Shown here one piece after another: positions 61,577-64,000 of a stretch of 64,000 bases of DNA. The position numbers were made by a program, and so were the translations under genes. A model generated the notes under the pieces. It saw only the letters and a list, made by a program, of their open reading frames with translations. It did no database searches and was not told the origin of the DNA. Position 1 is the first letter of the stretch. Each line of letters begins with the position of its first letter. The stretch lies in NCBI GenBank assembly GCA_964036045.1, contig OZ038378.1, positions 181,226,001 to 181,290,000 of the forward strand. Direction: 5' to 3'. The stretch is from Eutreptiella sp. 'Long Island Sound 2002'. Lineage: Eukaryota > Protista > Euglenida.

Positions 61577-62842
61577 GGTGGTTCCATTTGGGTGAGGTTT
61601 GTACATTACACCATGCAAGGTTACAAGAATCCCCTGATCTACAATTGACCGAACCCACTGATGACCCAGAGTAGGACTCTGGAGCTGGTTGGTCGGTCCC
61701 AGGACGACAACAGATCAACCTGTCCCCATCTACTGCATGCTCCAGGATCTGGATTGTTTGAGGGTTTGCTGGTAGCAGAAAATTGAATGTGGGCTGCACT
61801 TGAGGTGATCTGCAAGTCCGCAGAATCGGGGACAGGGGTAAGGATTTGGTGGGCGCCCAAGGCCAGGGACCAAGATTTGCCAAGTACACAACGTGGCAGG
61901 GTCCTGCAGGTACGATGAGAGGCCATTGTTGTACAGATGCAGGGATCATTTCCAAACAGAGGATCAGGGCTCAGGATGGCAACACGCCGGGGACCCTGGA
62001 ATCCATCTCTGTTTTGTACATAATTATTATTATTCTTATACAAAATCGTCGGTTGGACAGTTTGAGATTTCGCCGAATATCACGTGGCTCTCTGCGGAGC
62101 GTGGTCTATTTCACAACAAGTGTTGTTTTTTTTTTGTTGCATGTCTGTGAGCCCCCCCCTCCCCTCCTCCCGTTTCAGGCGCCCTGGGCCCAGGATGGAG
62201 CGGTTGAGGAGCTGAGACAACATTGAGCGTCCTGGCTAAAAAAAATGCAAAATCACCTTGAACACCCTTGGAAGAGATCAAGTGGATGCCCAACACTGGG
62301 TGAACTCATTTGGGAGACGAATGGGAGATTCAATGATCCCCTAATGAATTTTTCAATTTTGACACCGCCACCCTTATGTGCCGCTTTTTTTTGCATATTT
62401 TGGTCCCTGTGCGTATGTTGATTTAGACTGAGGTGCGGAACAATTATGCGTGTACATGGACCCTTTCATGAATTGTGAGGGCGTACCCGCGTTCAAGGCT
62501 GGTGTGCATCGCCTAGAAATCGCCCTGAAGAGAGGTTATTGGATCAAGCGTAGGCGCGAGCGCTGTACACTCCCCTTTGTTGATGTCCAACCCTCTGTAA
62601 AATCATAGATCTATGACCAAAAATGATTCCCCATTTGTTTTTTGGATTTTGACCCCATTGTCCCCCGCCCCCCTCTTTCACTTCTCATTTTTGTCCCCCA
62701 TATTTATGCACCTTTTGTGCCATGTATTTGATGTTAGGTGCCAGTTGCTGTGATGACTAGGGACGCCTGGTACAGAGGAGACCAAGAAGAATTCTTTTTT
62801 TCTCCAAAATGCGACAGTGGTGGCCACCAGGGCACAAAGGAG

Positions 62843-62910
62843 GAGTAAGAAAAAGTGTATTTCAATGCGGACACAAGAGTAAGAAAAACTGTATTTCAAT
62901 GCGGACACAA
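62843..62910. repeat. 34-bp tandem duplication
   Basis: gagtaagaaaaa(g/c)tgtatttcaatgcggacacaa x2. Confidence 0.9.
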
Positions 62911-64000
62911 GAGGTTTAGCTGTATTAAAGACATCGTGAAGCACACCACATTTTTATCTTAGTATTAGTCTCTACCAAAATGAGAAGAGTGCTTTTTGAC
63001 CTATAAAACCAAACGTTATTATGAAGACGCTGATGAAGCTGGTTCGGCTCTTTTTTGGCTGCACTCGGTTCCACATTGCAGCGATTTCGGGCACAATTTT
63101 AGGAGAATGCTAAATTTATATTATCTATAATCCACAAGATGGAGGATTTGACATTTCTGGTTCAGACCAGGCTTGCCGTGTCCGCGCGCGCCTTTCCGGT
63201 GTTCCTGGTGCCGTGCGTGCTGTGCTCTATGCTACGGTGGTAGTCAGCAGTCACGGCAAAAACTACCAGCCACATGGGGTTTTTTCTGAAGGGGATGGGA
63301 GGTGAGACTAATGGAAGCCTAGGTAGGCGCACTGCGGATCGTGGGATAGGTTGGTCATTGTTGTGCAAGACAAAGCAAGTCTTTATTTTTTTGCACATCA
63401 TTTGTTTGCTTTGCCTGTGGGTCGCGACATATCGATCTTCCATTCATTTAAAGGGGGTCAATCTTTGGAGACGGTGTGTGTTGAACATGTTGTGTGCACG
63501 TGCAGTGGGTGAACATGCTAAAGGTGGAGAATTGCACTTATGCCTTTGATGCTAACCGCTCATTTTTGTTTTGCCGCCTTACTCCATTGACTTGCCAGAT
63601 GTGTCTTGATGATTATTTCTTATCATTGGTCGAACACGGTTGGTGATGCACTATCCTTCTCTTGTCAGCATGCAGTAGGGCACGAGTGCAGTTAATTGGG
63701 CAACTGGGTACAGGGATAATCTTCGATCAAAGTTGTGGATTCTCACTTCAAGTGCAAGCATGCTCTCATAGATTATGGCTAAGCGAAATTCTCTTTCTAT
63801 ATGCATGGTCTCTAGATTGGGTTCTGGTGAGGGTCTCTCTCAGAGTATGGATTGGGGCGCGACCATCTCTCTTTGAGGCGGGACTATCTCTCCTTCGGAT
63901 AGGAAAATCTCACCATGGATGTGCTCTCATTGGACCACGGATATCTCTCCATGTGCACTATCACTCCGGGGCTAGGTCTAGGTCTTTTCATGTGACCCGG

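Overview
Eukaryotic nuclear DNA, most likely from a photosynthetic euglenid. This is inferred from a two-transmembrane euglenid class-I plastid presequence, GT-AG introns and TTAGGG-like relics. The window is gene-poor and dominated by mobile elements. Host genes recognised: one isolated PPDK exon (12098-12287); a frameshifted first exon of an M50/site-2 zinc protease (39922-40185); a two-exon plastid-targeted PsaN-like protein (53733-54770); and a complete three-exon ClpP of gamma-proteobacterial flavour (57258-61576). Mobile DNA includes a 5'-truncated non-LTR element with RT, RNase H and Zn-finger in one frame (21071-23670), and a second GC-rich LINE that appears split in two by a ~3.1 kb insertion carrying the M50 exon. 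There is also a hAT derivative with a 7-bp TSD and a tRNA-Tyr-like insert, a FAR1+SWIM Mutator relic, a foldback element around a 99-bp minisatellite, at least five MITE-like TIR elements with readable TSDs, and many micro/minisatellites. Family assignments are by motif recognition from memory; no searches were run.
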